A stretch of DNA of 64,000 nucleotides, from positions 70,246,001 through 70,310,000 of the forward strand of contig OZ024743.1 of the NCBI GenBank assembly GCA_964016885.1, read 5' to 3'. This stretch comes from Eledone cirrhosa (lineage: Eukaryota). Position numbers and translations under genes: made by a program. Positions within the stretch are counted from its first letter, which is position 1. Each line of letters opens with the position of its first letter. This document shows, in pieces, positions 43,559 through 58,587 of this stretch. Under the pieces are notes generated by a model. That model ran no database searches, was not told where the DNA came from, and saw only the letters and a program-made list of their open reading frames with translations.

Positions 43559-44020
43559 ACTTTCACACACGCACATTCTCTCTCCCCCTCTCTCTCGGCC
43601 ACACACACAAACACACACACATTCTCTCTCTCCCCCCTCTCTCTCTCTCTGCCACACACACACACACACGCTCATTCTCTCTCTCCCTCTCTCTCTGCCA
43701 CACACACACACACACACACACACACATTCTCTCTCTCCCCCCTCTCTCTATCTCCGCCTATCTCTCACACACACATTCTCTCTCCCTCTCTTCCCTCTCT
43801 CTCTATCTCCGCCTGTCTCTCACACACACATTCTCTCTCTCTCCCCCCTCTCTATCCCAGCCTGTCTCTCACAACACATTCTCTCTCTCTCTCTCACAGA
43901 CACACACATTTTCTCTCTCTCTCTCACACACACACACACATTCTCTCTCTCCCACTCTCTCTCTCTCTCTCACAGACACATATGCTCCGCCCTCTATATC
44001 TCTCTCTCTCTCACTCACTT
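43339..44020. repeat. (CT)n/(CA)n compound microsatellite
   Basis: Read directly from the sequence. Confidence 0.95.
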
Positions 44021-44571
44021 TCCCGCACGCATACATAAACATACAATTTCGATCCTCTGGAAGTAATCGACTGTCTTCAGACCCGGAGACTAATAGGTTC
44101 CAACACCTTTAAAATGCCCAAGTCACCATATATCAGGACGGTACATCTATTATTGGTCCGTCCATCAAATTCACCATCTACAATAGGTGTTGTAAATATT
44201 GTCTAAGATTTCTTCCTACAAGATGATATCCTGCAAGGAATCCAGAAAATTGGTGATTAATATTAGACAAAAATAAAGGGTTGTGGATTTGAAGAATTGG
44301 TAGAGTGTCAGACAGGATTACACTGAGCTATTTTTTCTGACTCTTAACATTCTGCGTTCAAATCCTGCTGAGATCAACTTTGCTTTTTATCCTTCGGTGG
44401 GTCAATAAAATAAAGTAACACACGGGTACAGGGGTTGATTTAATCCAACTTCGCACTTCACCCAAAAATTTGGCTGGTCTTGTGCACGAAGTAAATTTTT
44501 CCCCAACGTTCTAATGGTTCTACTAATCCGCCATTATCATTTCAACTAGTTAAAATTACTTTACTTAGTAA

Positions 44572-44690
44572 TGAGGCTACCCGCAGGTGTGAGCCTCGTG
44601 AGCTGGAATAGCTCATCCAACGTGTCTCCCTCACCATGCTCCGGAGAAATGCCGTCTCTATTCTGTCCCACCGATGCAACGGATTGCCAG
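44572..44690 (+). mobile_element. CRE-type element short 3' fragment
   Basis: gcaggtgtgagcctcgtgagctggaatagctcatccaacgtgtctccctc is homologous to 26800-26880. Confidence 0.65.
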
Positions 44691-44715
44691 AGTGTGGGAC
44701 CCCATTTCCTCATAA

Positions 44716-44894
44716 TAGTTGTTTCCACTTTTGGCACAAGGCCAGCAATTACCCAGTACATTACTGGTACTTTATTTTATCGACCCCGTAAGGATGAAAG
44801 GCAAAGTTAACCTCGGCGGGATTTGAACTCAGACCATAAAGGGACGTAACTATGCTGGAAAGCTTGGCGTCCGACCCTCTACCGATACTGCCAA
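44716..44894 (-). mobile_element. SINE family S1
   Basis: Matches the family consensus. Confidence 0.85.
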
Positions 44895-45022
44895 AGGGAG
44901 AACAGGGGAGATGGAAACAGTGACAGTGGGAGTTTGGTTCCATTGTGTTCGGACCTGATGTATATGTCTATATTTATTTACTACACTACATTAACTCATT
45001 ATGTATTACTATACTACTTTTA

Positions 45023-45160
45023 AACGGATGTATATAGTAAAGACTGAGTATAGTGAGATATGGGAATAGCGGGAGAGACGGGGGCGGTGACAGGGGGAGT
45101 TTGGTTCGGTTATGTTCGGATCTGGTGTAAATGTATATATTTATTTACCACACCATATTC
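45023..45160 (+). repeat. Local dispersed repeat (copies ~44900-44990 and 46193-46290)
   Basis: aaacggatgtatatagtaaagactgag..gagtttggttcggttatgttcgg is near-identical at 46193. Confidence 0.8.
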
Positions 45161-45925
45161 ATTTTCAGTACCAGTAATAAAGTACCAGTAATGTACTGGG
45201 ATAATTGCTGGCCTTGTGCCAAAAAGTAGAAACAATTAATTTTCAGTTGACTATTTACCTCACAGTAAGGAATATAAAGTGAAATCTAGAGATTTAAACC
45301 AAATGAGTAATTCTGTATTTTTTAAAGAAATTATCTGGAAATATTGGGGTAACTAGGCAAAGAACGTATTCTGTAAATGTATCTGTAAGTGGAACCGTGA
45401 AAATCTGCAAACATTTTCTGGAATGTAAGATGCAACAATTTACTGGTGTTGCTATCTACATTCCTGTGATAGAGTTTTCTTTCTTTGTTAGGAAAGAAAT
45501 CATTCTTTTATGGGGAAGAATTCAAAGCATTAAAGATTAATAAAACATTAAAAAAACGCATGTATAGATATATATTTGTTTGTGTGTTGTGTGTACGTGA
45601 GGCTGGAGACGGTGGGGGGACTGCGCGTGTATGCAAGTAGTTGTACATATATATATACATGCAAGTATACCGCGGGTTCCTCTCTCTCCATCTCTCTCTC
45701 TTCTCCCATTCCTCTCCTCTCTCTCATTCTCGCTTGTCTCGCTCTCTTTATATATATATATATATAAATGGAAAAAAATGAAACGAAATTTCATTTCTCA
45801 CTCTTAGTACGGCGGTTACTTAAATATGAGTATGTATACGTACATACATATATGTATACAGACGTACAGTAGTATGTATATATATACTGTACGTCTGTAT
45901 ACATATATGAATGTACGTATATATA

Positions 45926-45962
<37 letters not shown>

Positions 45963-46083
45963 ACATACATATATATTATATATGCATATACGCAAAAGTA
46001 CATGCATAAATGTTTACATATATAAATATTAATATATATTTACATACACGCATACACAAACACATATTATACATTATATATAT

Positions 46084-46183
<100 letters not shown>

Positions 46184-46722
46184 TATATATATAAACGGAT
46201 GTATATAGTAAAGACTGAGTATAGTGAGATATGGGAATAGCGGGAGAGACGGGGGCGGTGACAGTGGGAGTTTGGTTCGGTTATGTTCGGTCTGTTGACA
46301 CTGGTCTGTTGGAGACGCAGGACATGGCAGCGATAATGAGGGACAGAGACCGCTGGAGAGAACTCGTCCATGGATCTCGGGAATTTTACCCGCCTTAGAT
46401 AGATAGATATATATATACATATCTATATATATATAAATATGTGTGTATATATATCCACAAGTACGTACATACATTGTTATAGAGTGAAATATATGAGAGT
46501 CTGACTTGAGTTTGACGAGGTGGAATATGGTGAATGAATTGTATAGGAAGATTTGGCATAATTGTGCACCTCGCGGCTCCTAGGAAATGTGGAAACACAT
46601 ACACACTAATACACACACATACACACACATTCACACACATACACACACACATACACACATTCACACATATACACAAACACACACACATATATATACATAC
46701 ATCTCTCTCTCTCTCTTTCTCG

Positions 46723-46772
<50 letters not shown>

Positions 46773-46805
46773 GCATATAAGTGTGTGTATGTACGCATAT
46801 ATATA

Positions 46806-46854
<49 letters not shown>

Positions 46855-47272
46855 ACACATATATGCATACATACGTATAAACATATATGCCTCTCATACA
46901 TACATACATTCATACATACAAACATTCATTCATACATACATACATATATGTAGGGTGGCAGGGAGGTTGTGAATTGGCAGATAGCGGACTTTATGGAACG
47001 AATGCAGCAAGGTTGAGGGAGAATATCTGATGGGAATATACTCTATACTGTACATATGCTACGGTCTCACATATGTCATATTGTGAGAAGAACAACTTGA
47101 ATTAGCTGAAATTATCCGTGTGGTTAGGAAACAAAAGATCTCTCAGGTTATATAGAGATATAATAGGAGTGGGGTTGTTTCAAATAGGTAATATTGAGAG
47201 ATGAAAACCTTGAAATAACTGAGATTATCCATGTGCTTAGGGCAGAAAAACTCCCTCGGAATTTACAGAAAT

Positions 47273-47667
47273 ATAATTGTTTCTACTTTTGGCACAAGGC
47301 CAGCTATTATCCCAGTGCATTACTGGTACTTTATTTTATCGACCCCGTAAGGATGAAAGGCAAAGTTAACCTCGGCGGGATTTGAACTCAGAATGGCAAG
47401 GGCCGTAACTCTATGCCTCAAAGCATGGCGTGCGACCCTCTATCGATACTGCCAATCCACCACCCTAGAGAAATATAATTGTTTCTACTTTTGGCACAAG
47501 GCCAGCAAATACCCAGTTCATTACTGGTACTTTACTTTATCAACCCCGTAAGGATGAAAGGCAAAGTTAACCTCGGCGGGATTTGAACTCAGAATGGCAA
47601 GGGCCGTAACTCTATGCGTCAAAGCATGGCGTCCGACCCTCTACCGATACTGCCAATCCACCGCCCT
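47273..47667 (-). mobile_element. Tandem pair of S1 SINEs
   Basis: Two full copies. agaaatataat occurs before, between and after them. Confidence 0.88.
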
Positions 47668-47892
47668 AGAGAAATATAATGAATATATGCAAGGTATTTA
47701 TTCCGATAGGGAAGGGTACCACATTTAATATAGAGAGCTTAAAATTTTGAATAATCGTTGTGATTATGAGACCCTAAGAATATATATAGAGAGAAGCAAA
47801 ATATCACCCAAGGGTATTTAAAATCAAACGGAAACAAAATCAGCCAATCAAAATGTTTTGAAAATATAGACAATGCAGATTGAACTGGATCC

Positions 47893-48020
47893 GGTCTGTA
47901 GCGGTGGCGACTTTCGGCGTTCTGGGTCCCTAGATCACCGCCTTGCTCACTGCCTTCGGGTCGGAATTGGTCAACTACAATAGTAACTCCCGCATGTTGG
48001 AATGGCTATTTCAGTGATTC
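47893..48020 (+). mobile_element. CRE-type element diverged 3' fragment
   Basis: gcggtggcgactttcggcgttctgggtccc..gttggaatggctatttcag resembles 26725-26840. Confidence 0.5.
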
Positions 48021-48232
48021 TTAACGTGGGCCTGAGAATGTTTTTAAATGGGTCTGGAGTTGACACAATGAAAATAGGTGGGCTTTGAAGTTCTCTTTTT
48101 TTTCCACCTGTGTAAAAATATGAAAACATAAACTGCTTTACTTTATTTTTAAAGACAAATATATTTCCTGCACTATTTTACTTAAGTATGTAAAATGAAT
48201 CTCACCGTTGTCGAGGTTCGGAGTTTAACAAT

Positions 48233-48423
48233 ATAATTGTTTCTACTTTTGGCACAAGGCCAGCAATTATCCCAGTACATTACTGGTAGTTTATTTTATC
48301 GACCCCGTAAGGATGGAAGGCAAAGTTAACCTTGGCGGGATTTGAACTCAGAAAGGCAAGGGCCGTAACTCTATGCGTCAAAGCATGGCGTCCGACCCTC
48401 TACCGATACTGCCAATCCACCAT
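48233..48423 (-). mobile_element. SINE family S1
   Basis: Matches the family consensus. Confidence 0.85.
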
Positions 48424-48842
48424 TGTTTCATCAGATTTGCCTGGTTACCTGAGTAACCAGTATAATGTATATCTATCATTGATAAGATTTAATCATAGCA
48501 GGTCTTGTCGTTTGCCTTCAACAGGCGGCACGAATACCAAATTCCAATCATAACTTCATTGTTTTTATCCACCTGAATGTTTTATTCGCTGATACGGGGT
48601 CGATAAAATAAAGTACCAGTAATACACTGGATTAACTGCTGGCCTTGTGCCAAAAGTAGAAACAATTATTGAAGTTATCTCCCTTCTTTGCTGAGTGAGT
48701 TGTAGACTACTTGATAATATCAGTTAATCAAATCTTTCCACACATGCGAAGGCATTTGTTATTTTATATAATTCATGTTCAATTTACATTGCTGTAAACA
48801 TTTGAAATGGTGTTATATGAATGCGTGTGTATGTGTGTGTAA

Positions 48843-49028
48843 ATGTGTGTAGGTGTGTAGGTATGTGTGTATAAGTGCTTGTTTTGTGAATTTGAATAAT
48901 AAACATTCTTAACCTAGATGGGATGAAGGATCTATGAATGATATATAGTGTCAATATAATATGTGATAGTTTACATCGGCGAAACTTCGAGATAAAGAGT
49001 TGCTATTAATAACAAATAGTATACAGAC

Positions 49029-49083
<55 letters not shown>

Positions 49084-49222
49084 TAAGTTTCGCCGATGTA
49101 AACTGTCACATATTATATTGACACTACATAGCATTCATAGATCCAATCTAGGTTCAGAATATTTGTTATTCAAATTCACAAAACAAGCACTTATACACAC
49201 ATACCTACACACCTACACACAC
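48843..49222. repeat. Inverted repeat (~145-bp arms) around a (TA)n-containing spacer
   Basis: 48843-48987 is inverted at 49086-49222. Confidence 0.75.
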
Positions 49223-49351
49223 CTACACTCACCTACACACACCTACCCACACTGTGTTTGTGTATGTATATGTAAATATATGTATATATATTTATGCATG
49301 TTTATATAAGTATATATATATATATATATACATATATATATGTATATATAA

Positions 49352-49388
<37 letters not shown>

Positions 49389-49592
49389 TTCTTTAAATTG
49401 TTTTATTTTTAATTTAGTTAGTCAACAACGATATACAAATTGTATCTTTGTAAACCTAGTTAAAGTGAACTTTAATGGATTCCTACTCCACTGTAAATTC
49501 GCAATGTATTTCGAAAACTATGTATGTATGTGTATGTATATATGTATATATATATACCTATACACACACAAATATATATGCATGTGTATATA

Positions 49593-49651
<59 letters not shown>

Positions 49652-49666
49652 ATATCCATACAGGCA

Positions 49667-49701
<35 letters not shown>

Positions 49702-49776
49702 TTATATATATACAAACATACATATATATATACACTCACACTTTTTATATATATATTTATCTATATATATATATAA

Positions 49777-49908
<132 letters not shown>

Positions 49909-51835
49909 TTAGATTGTTTGTATGTGTGTTAACTAAAAGCCAATTCTAGAAAACAGGAGATGTAGAGAAAATTGTAAGAATGAATAGAAGGAATAATCAT
50001 AGAAATTATGTGGAAGTAGGAATATTTAATCGAAAGAGGAATTATGCATTAGTTTTGTCATGAATGGTAGTACCATTAATGGTATTACCATTTAACTTAA
50101 TACTTTCTTTTCAACTTTCCTTCTATTATGACATACTGAGAAATGTTGGATGCTATGAACGACTGACGGCTGCATTCAAATTCATAGACAAAGCTAAGCG
50201 AACTATTTTGTTATAGTATCACTATTATATTATGGTATCAGGAAAGCAGGGATCCTCTTTTGGTCATTACAGGCCAAATGTTTTTCACTTCTGACTCACT
50301 GACCAGTTGTTTGGTTCCATGAATTACAATCTAGGCAAGGTGCAAAGTGATTTCTTCTTGATACTAATAATATCCAAAGAAATTCATAAGCCCATGCAAC
50401 TTTGCACATCTTATAAGAAAAGCAGGAAAATACGTAATTCGATCTTGCCCCTTTGATTTATTGCACATTTGATATATTTTCCCGAGGCACAAACAAGGGC
50501 AGGAAGTTTTCTGGAAGAGCAGATCAGCTGTATACACGTCTCCCTCCTCTATGACACCAATAAAGCCCAACATAAAGACACAATACGATATAGCTTGCCA
50601 CCAATGTCTACGAAAAATGAAATTAATGGAAAGGCATGTCTTCGTTGATGACTTTCTAACCATGGTTTAAGCTTTCCGTAGCTCAAATATGGGCAAAGTA
50701 AATATGTAGTGTTTATATATGTACATGGGTGGGGTTTAGATAAATAGAATACTTAGTGTTTAGATACGGCACGTTGTGTAGCTTATATTTTATAATGTGT
50801 TGATGTAACGTGGGAGTTTTTGAAATGAAATATATGTTGCTGAATGACAAATGCATCACCGTCTGGAAAATGCAGCTTGCAATATATAAGTTGAGCTTAT
50901 CTTGATCTGAAGTCTCGAGTTTATTATATAAGAAGCGCATATTTTGATAGTTGAAGAATATATCATCCTATGTATGTTAAGTTTGTTTAATTATGCACGT
51001 GCGTCGGTGTGTCTTTTCATGTGTGTGAGTGTATGTGTTATGTTTATTGTGCCTGTGTAAATGTCTGTTCATGTGTGTGAGTGTGTGCGTTCGGTAGAGG
51101 GTCGGACGCCATGCTTAGCAGCAAAACGTTACGGCCCTTTATGGTCTGAGTTCAAATATTCTGAGCAAAATTGCATATGCTGTATGGAAATCAGAAAAAA
51201 AAACTGGTAGTTACATTTACGGTATGAACTTCATTCATTATCTACATTAAGGGTCTGAAGACCTTTGAAAGTCGCACGTGGAGCATGAGAGACGAGTGTG
51301 TAGTGTTTGTGTTGAGAATCTTCATCTTCTTTTCGTCGGCGAGAAAGCTTAACACGGACGCAGAAGGGCATATGTCGGATGCCTTTAGACCATTGCTTCT
51401 CAACGGGGGGGGGGTCGGAGCTCCAGGGGCACGTTTTGGAGCAAGGGGGCGTGGGGGGGGGGGGGGGGGGGCGTTTGAATCTGGGGGTGGGGCTATGGAA
51501 GCCCCTTTAGTTTGGTAAGTTTTATAAGTCATATTTGTACGTCTCTTAGGCAGCCAGTGTGAATCCATTTGAATGAACAAAACGAAGAAAATAAATAAAA
51601 GAAGCTTGTCAACGAAGCAAGATAAAAGAAAAACAAAAGAACTCAAAGAAAATGAACATAAGGATGTCAACTTTGCCAACAGTTACAAGAACAATTCAAC
51701 AGAAATGACAACAAAAAGAAATGGTGATGAAAGGTACACACATGCATACGTACATACATACATACACACACACACAAACACATACATACACACAAACACA
51801 CACCCACACACACCCACACACCCACACACCCACAC

Positions 51836-51874
<39 letters not shown>

Positions 51875-51984
51875 TATATATACACACACATGCCTGCGCT
51901 AGAGTTTGTTGAGATTGAGAACATGGTCAGGTTTCAGCCAGAGCTGTGGTATTTAATCTCCCTAGGTAAAATCTGGAGACAGAA

Positions 51985-53090
51985 TTTTCTCTGTACCAAA
52001 AAAAAAAAAAACATAAATGATTATGTCAACATCCTTACACACTTAAATATAAATGCATGTATATATACAAATTGCTGGATTGGCAGCTTAAGGACAGCAA
52101 CCTAGAATATAAGATTAGCTGGTCAAAATTATCGGTAGCCAAAGCCTATAGCAACGATATGTCCCACTGCGTGCTTTGTAATTTAAAACTACTACATATT
52201 TTAAGGTACGATGGGATGCTGCTTAACAGCAAAATAGAAAGATCTATTTTCTGTAGGCATAACATAGCTACTAGATTCACAAACTTTAAACCACCATGAA
52301 TTGAACCAACAATCCCAAAATTAGTACTGAACCACCTAGATGTTAACATATAGAATATACACCATCGCACTGCTATTAGCTATCAAACGGCCAACTGGTC
52401 ACTGGATCATAAATCTCTGAACATTTCTTTCACCCTCTCTCCCTGAAACAACATCAACCCCATTAAGATAGAACAATCAGCAAAATATTTACAACAAGCG
52501 TTTATCAAATGTCCCGTCATCCCTAGCCCATAAATATCATACATACATCCAGCAATTAATTTCTAATTTATTGTCTCTTTTATAGGACCCTCTACACGTA
52601 TCTATGTACATCTCGAATCTAGCTTCCTACCAACGAATCCTTATAAAAACACTTACTCAAAAACTACTACTATGTACTTACACGATCTCACTTATTTATT
52701 TATTTATCTCTTTATATTTTCCATTCTCTCATTTTCTTACTTTTTAATGTACCCTATCTTATATTTTACTTCTTTTTACATCTGTAACTTCTCTACCTAT
52801 TTACCATACATGTATTATTATTGATGTTATTGTTTAGATTATACGGTATTTTATTATTGATGTTATTGTTTTAATTATACGTTATTTCTCTATATAAGTC
52901 TTGCCTCGAGTGAATGACTTTCATATCTACATACTCTGAGGTGCGGACCAGAAGTGAATAATGTATTGGAGATCGAATAACGCAACATCAAGCGATAGCG
53001 AACTCTAGACCCACGTGATCAACGAAACAATTGTCAGTACTTTAAATAAAGCCCTTATTGTACAGCCAACCATGTTAATCTTCATTCTTT

Positions 53091-53095
<5 letters not shown>
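51985..53095 (+). mobile_element. Penelope-like element 3' remnant (GIY-YIG C-terminus, 3' UTR, degenerate hammerhead)
   Basis: ORF 52057-52299 YKISW..AKAY..CVLCNL..LLNSKIE..FCRH..FKPP matches the C-terminus of the other two PLEs. It ends at GAAACAATTGTC and then (TA)n. Confidence 0.8.
52932..53039 (+). ncRNA. Degenerate hammerhead-like motif with long stem II region
   Basis: tact-CTGAGGT...GAAAC-aatt-GTC-agta, with the same stem III/loop as the 61.4-kb HHR, downstream of a PLE GIY-YIG remnant. The core is imperfect. Confidence 0.45.
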
Positions 53096-53134
<39 letters not shown>

Positions 53135-53230
53135 CTACATACACATATACATACATACATTTACGTATGTATATAGCTATGCATTTATACATTTGAATAT
53201 ATACATGAATTTATATTTAAGTATGTAAGG

Positions 53231-53280
<50 letters not shown>

Positions 53281-53440
53281 ATAATATATATATATATATA
53301 TTATACACACACACGCACATATATATATTTTCTTTTTTCAGTCTGGTCTACCATGTTTGAGCCTCCTGTTGGAGATAGATATATAGATAGATGTATACCA
53401 AACACGCACACACACACACAAGTTTGTGTGTGTGTATGTA

Positions 53441-53475
<35 letters not shown>

Positions 53476-55036
53476 CTATATATGTATATATATATAAGGG
53501 CTTTCTCACTATCATCAAGCTTCTCAATTCATTCCTTGCTACTTAGATTTTATTGCTACTTATTTTATTTTGCTACGAGGTATTTTATTTTTCCCCTAAG
53601 TTTGTGATTTCAGAGAAAGGTAAGAAACAAGAAATTTTTCATAATTTGCATCTTTTGTATTTTGACTTTACAGTTTGAATTGTAGAATTGTCTATCCACT
53701 CAAAATATTACAACAGCTAACAGTGAAATGTAGAATTTAAAAAAAAAAAGCTTTTTCGACTGAGATCAAATTTTTTTTTTTTTTTCAACAATATATAATT
53801 TGAAATAGCTTGCTTTTGTTTGGGACTGAAACTTTTTTGTATTTAATTCGTACGAGTATTTTTTAAAGATTCTAACATAACTTGATTTGGCCCAGTAATC
53901 TACTGATTTGAAAATCAGTAGTATATTGAAAAATGGAAAAATAGGGTGGGGGGGGGGGGCGTTTCGTGATTTCGGGGGGCATTTGGCCGAAATGGGTTGA
54001 GAACCTTTAATTTAGACCAGATGTGTTTGTTCAGTTTATTATCCATACGAACGTACTTTGATCGCATCATCTTTTCAACGAACAACTTAAACTTTTTAAT
54101 AGCATTTGGGAATTCTTTTCTGTAAAATAGGATCAGAGGATAACAGATTTCAATTAAATTCTATATTGTTTGTAATAAAAAGAATTAAATAACGAAAGCA
54201 AACAGAAAGGTAGGGGAAGGGCATACTCTATATCCTTGTTTAGGCAGGGCATTTTAGTTACGCCAAGCGGACACGATGACGAAAGCATTGCCGCAAAGAA
54301 GAATCAACGACACCCAATGCATTCTCCACTCCTAGAAAATCCTTTCACAGGCTGAATGCATTTCTCTCAATTTTGCGTAGGAAAACAATAGTTTCTTGAC
54401 TGTGGACACCAGACATCTCGGCGGTGACCGACATGGAAATTCTGAAATGTTGTCACCAGAACACAAACCTTTATACAAACAAAAACATATTCACACGCGA
54501 ACATATAAATGCTATAAGTCGTAGAGTAGAGATTTGAGGTTGATCAAAAAACTGGATCACTCATCGACGAAACGACGAAGGATCTTTATATTTTACTAGA
54601 AACCTATGTGCGAGGAGATTGATGGATATGTGCCTGATTTTCGAATCACGCACAATTTATGTAGAAGTCATAAGAGCTTCGAGGCATTGCTTATATAATG
54701 GCCCCTCTAAGTTTAAGAAGAAACCCAAGCCCCATCTTCATAACATCAAAGAAAGCTGAGATCTTTTAATCACAAAAAAGGGGAGGGAGAGCAAAAAAAG
54801 AAACATAAAAAGAAGGAATGGTAAATCACAGAACAGTTCTAGACCTATGTCGAACACGAAAATAATGTTCCAGGGTGCCTTTTCTATCAGACCACCCATT
54901 AGCTACGTACTCGAGGCGTAACCGGTCTTCCAATTGTCTAAAGATATCTTATCAACTCTACCCTCTTCTCTTTACCACACTCACTCACGAGCTATCTATT
55001 CATTTATCTACCTATCTATCTATCTATCTATCTCTA

Positions 55037-55113
<77 letters not shown>

Positions 55114-55221
55114 TCTGTGTGTGTGTGTGCGTGTGTGTCTGTGTGTCTGTATCGTTTCATCTATCTATCTATTTATCTACCTATCTATCTCACTCTATTT
55201 GTCTCTGTACTTATCTAACTA

Positions 55222-55273
<52 letters not shown>

Positions 55274-55330
55274 ATATATATTTTCCTTATCGAGCCCTCT
55301 CTGGATTTTAGTCTTCAATTTTATTATTAT

Positions 55331-55378
<48 letters not shown>

Positions 55379-55737
55379 TCCTATCTATCTACCTATCTAT
55401 CTATCTGTATATCTATCTAGCTATCTCCATATATCTCTCTCATTCTCTGTCTTCAGAGACGATCTTTCTTACACTCAGATACATCCACATTTAAACTCAT
55501 ACAACTCTTCATACACATATATACACAAACACAGGCATACGCAAGCACGTAAAAATAGGCACGAATATACGCAAGCACGCACATACACACGCATACTAAT
55601 ATAAATATGTGTATATATATACGTATATATATAAATATGTATGTACATATATATATGTTTAATATTTATATTTGTATATATAAATATTTATATCATATTA
55701 TATATTGCATATTCTCTATATGCTTATGTGCATATAA

Positions 55738-55846
<109 letters not shown>

Positions 55847-55850
55847 CGTG

Positions 55851-55913
<63 letters not shown>

Positions 55914-56019
55914 GCGTGTGTGTGTGCGTGTGTGTGTGTGTGTGTGTGTAGTGAGTTAGAAACTCAGGGTAGTCTCTTACAATTAAATAGCTCTAAGAAA
56001 AAAGCTTTTCCGAGCCGTG

Positions 56020-56522
<503 letters not shown>

Positions 56523-56937
56523 ATATATATATATATTGTTATACTTGGGGAGGGTCATATTGTTGTAATAATATTCCCAGAAATAATAACGGAACACACT
56601 CACTGTTTGGTTGGTCTTCGCTTCTGTATCTTTTATATCTCCATAGTTAATTCATTTAGCCATCAATGTTTATCACAGGCTGACCAACGGTCAAAAATCC
56701 TGATATAAATATATATATATAGTCTAAGAAAGTTCTTTCGTTGCACATCTGCAATGTCATCAGTGGTACTATTATCATGTTTGCCCTGCTGTATTGAATG
56801 TATTGTAATGTCTACGTTTTTATTTTATCTATCTATTTAGTTATATGCATGTTTTCTGATATATATATATATATATATATAGTTGGAGTGAAATTTAAGT
56901 AAGTAAGCTAATTGCTATAATTTTCTTATTTTACGTT

Positions 56938-56983
<46 letters not shown>

Positions 56984-56985
56984 TG

Positions 56986-57180
56986 TATAAAAGTTTTAAT
57001 ATAGAAGAGGTTCTACGGGACTAGAACTGTTTCATTCGTGAGAAAAACCTGATGATTTCTCACGAATGAAGCAGTTCTAGTCCTGTAGAAGCTCTTCTAT
57101 ATTAAAACTGTTATACTCTGCTATGTAATGAGTACCTTACTTACTGTGGTTACCTCCGATTCAACCCGGAATAACTTATA
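56986..57180. mobile_element. PLE-type terminus with inverted duplication at a hammerhead core
   Basis: Arms 56986-57045 and ~57056-57115 flank aacCTGATGA. The arm consensus is ttctcacgaat-GAAAC-agttcta-GTC. Confidence 0.6.
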
Positions 57181-57186
57181 TATATA

Positions 57187-57390
57187 TAATTGCCTCTACG
57201 TTAGGCACAAGGCCACCAATTACCCAGTGCATTACTGATACTTTATTTTATCGACCCCGTAAGGATGAAAGGAAATGTAAACCTTGGCCAGATTTGAACT
57301 CAGAATGGCAAGAGCCGTAACTCTATACGTCAAAGTATGGCGTCCGACCCTCTACCAATACTGCCAATCCACCAATACTGCCAATCCAAC
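57187..57390 (-). mobile_element. SINE family S1
   Basis: Matches the consensus, with a duplicated 5' segment ccaatactgccaatcca. Confidence 0.82.
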
Positions 57391-57863
57391 TTATATATAT
57401 ATAATACATATATATATATATATACATAAATGTAAGTATGTATGAATATATATGAGTATATATGTATGTATGCATACATATATGTCAGTGTGTGTGTGTG
57501 TATATATATATTAGTGTATTGTTATCGGCTGTATATATTGAGTGTACTACGTGAGCGTTACACGCCTACCAAACTAATATGTTATATTCATCACAAATAT
57601 TGAGTTCAGTGAATAATATATAAGCATGGTTTATAATGGGAAACTAATTATTTTCTCCCCTGTTATGAAATGTTGTACTGTGCCCTGAGATAGCACTGTA
57701 TACCCTACAGCTAGTTCTACCTCATGTACTGGATGGATGGTAGGATGGTGAGGGAGGAAAATAAGGGCCAAAGATGAAGGGTAGGCAACATTCCACCAGT
57801 GCACATCCTGTCTTCCTGATGTTTTATATATATATATATATATATATTTAAATTTATATTTAA

Positions 57864-57900
<37 letters not shown>

Positions 57901-57904
57901 CATA

Positions 57905-57941
<37 letters not shown>

Positions 57942-57982
57942 AATACTGTTGGCTTCTTGCTACAATACTTTCTATACCTTTC

Positions 57983-58047
<65 letters not shown>

Positions 58048-58150
58048 TGTATTTAAATCTAACTGTATATGTATATACATATGTCTGTCTGTGTGTACAT
58101 ACATCCATATATGTATACATATATATATACACATATATATACATAGGTAA

Positions 58151-58185
<35 letters not shown>

Positions 58186-58190
58186 TACAC

Positions 58191-58235
<45 letters not shown>

Positions 58236-58489
58236 GTTAACATTTCATTAACTGGGAGTGCTCTTCATTGTAATAACAATCTTCTCGCCATATTTTGATG
58301 CAATCTGGGTGTAATTTATTTTCAAATCTAATAATGAGTTGGACCTCCGTCGGTTCCGACGATGGGTGTTTCAGTTTCTCAAACATCAGAAAAATCTACA
58401 TGGTAAAATTAGAGTGTAAGTGGCCGAGCATTCAACAGGCACGTGTAACCTTAGTGAAATTCTCGGGGAGATTAAGCTTTGTAGAGTAT

Positions 58490-58570
58490 GCAATAAGGAT
58501 GTCCCTTTCAATTCCACCAAAAACAGACTGGCCAACGGGAAGTTAGATTTTTTTCCTCGAGGTCTATACA
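58490..58570 (-). pseudogene. Possible Merlin/IS1016-type transposase relic
   Basis: YRPRGKK then GQSVFGGIERD resembles the KYxRGR..QWVFGGIER motif. The match is very short. Confidence 0.4.
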
Positions 58571-58587
58571 CACCTTAATATAATTTC

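Larger units (their letters stand above)
51391..54009. mobile_element. Old hAT (Charlie/Buster-like) element ends enclosing nested insertions
   Basis: TIRs cattgcttctcaac (51391) and gttgagaaccttta (53996-54009), with an 8-bp TSD ctttagac / atttagac and G-rich subterminal sequence. Confidence 0.6.

Noticed and set aside
50150-50700. Possible transposase relic
   Set aside because: No diagnostic motif could be identified.
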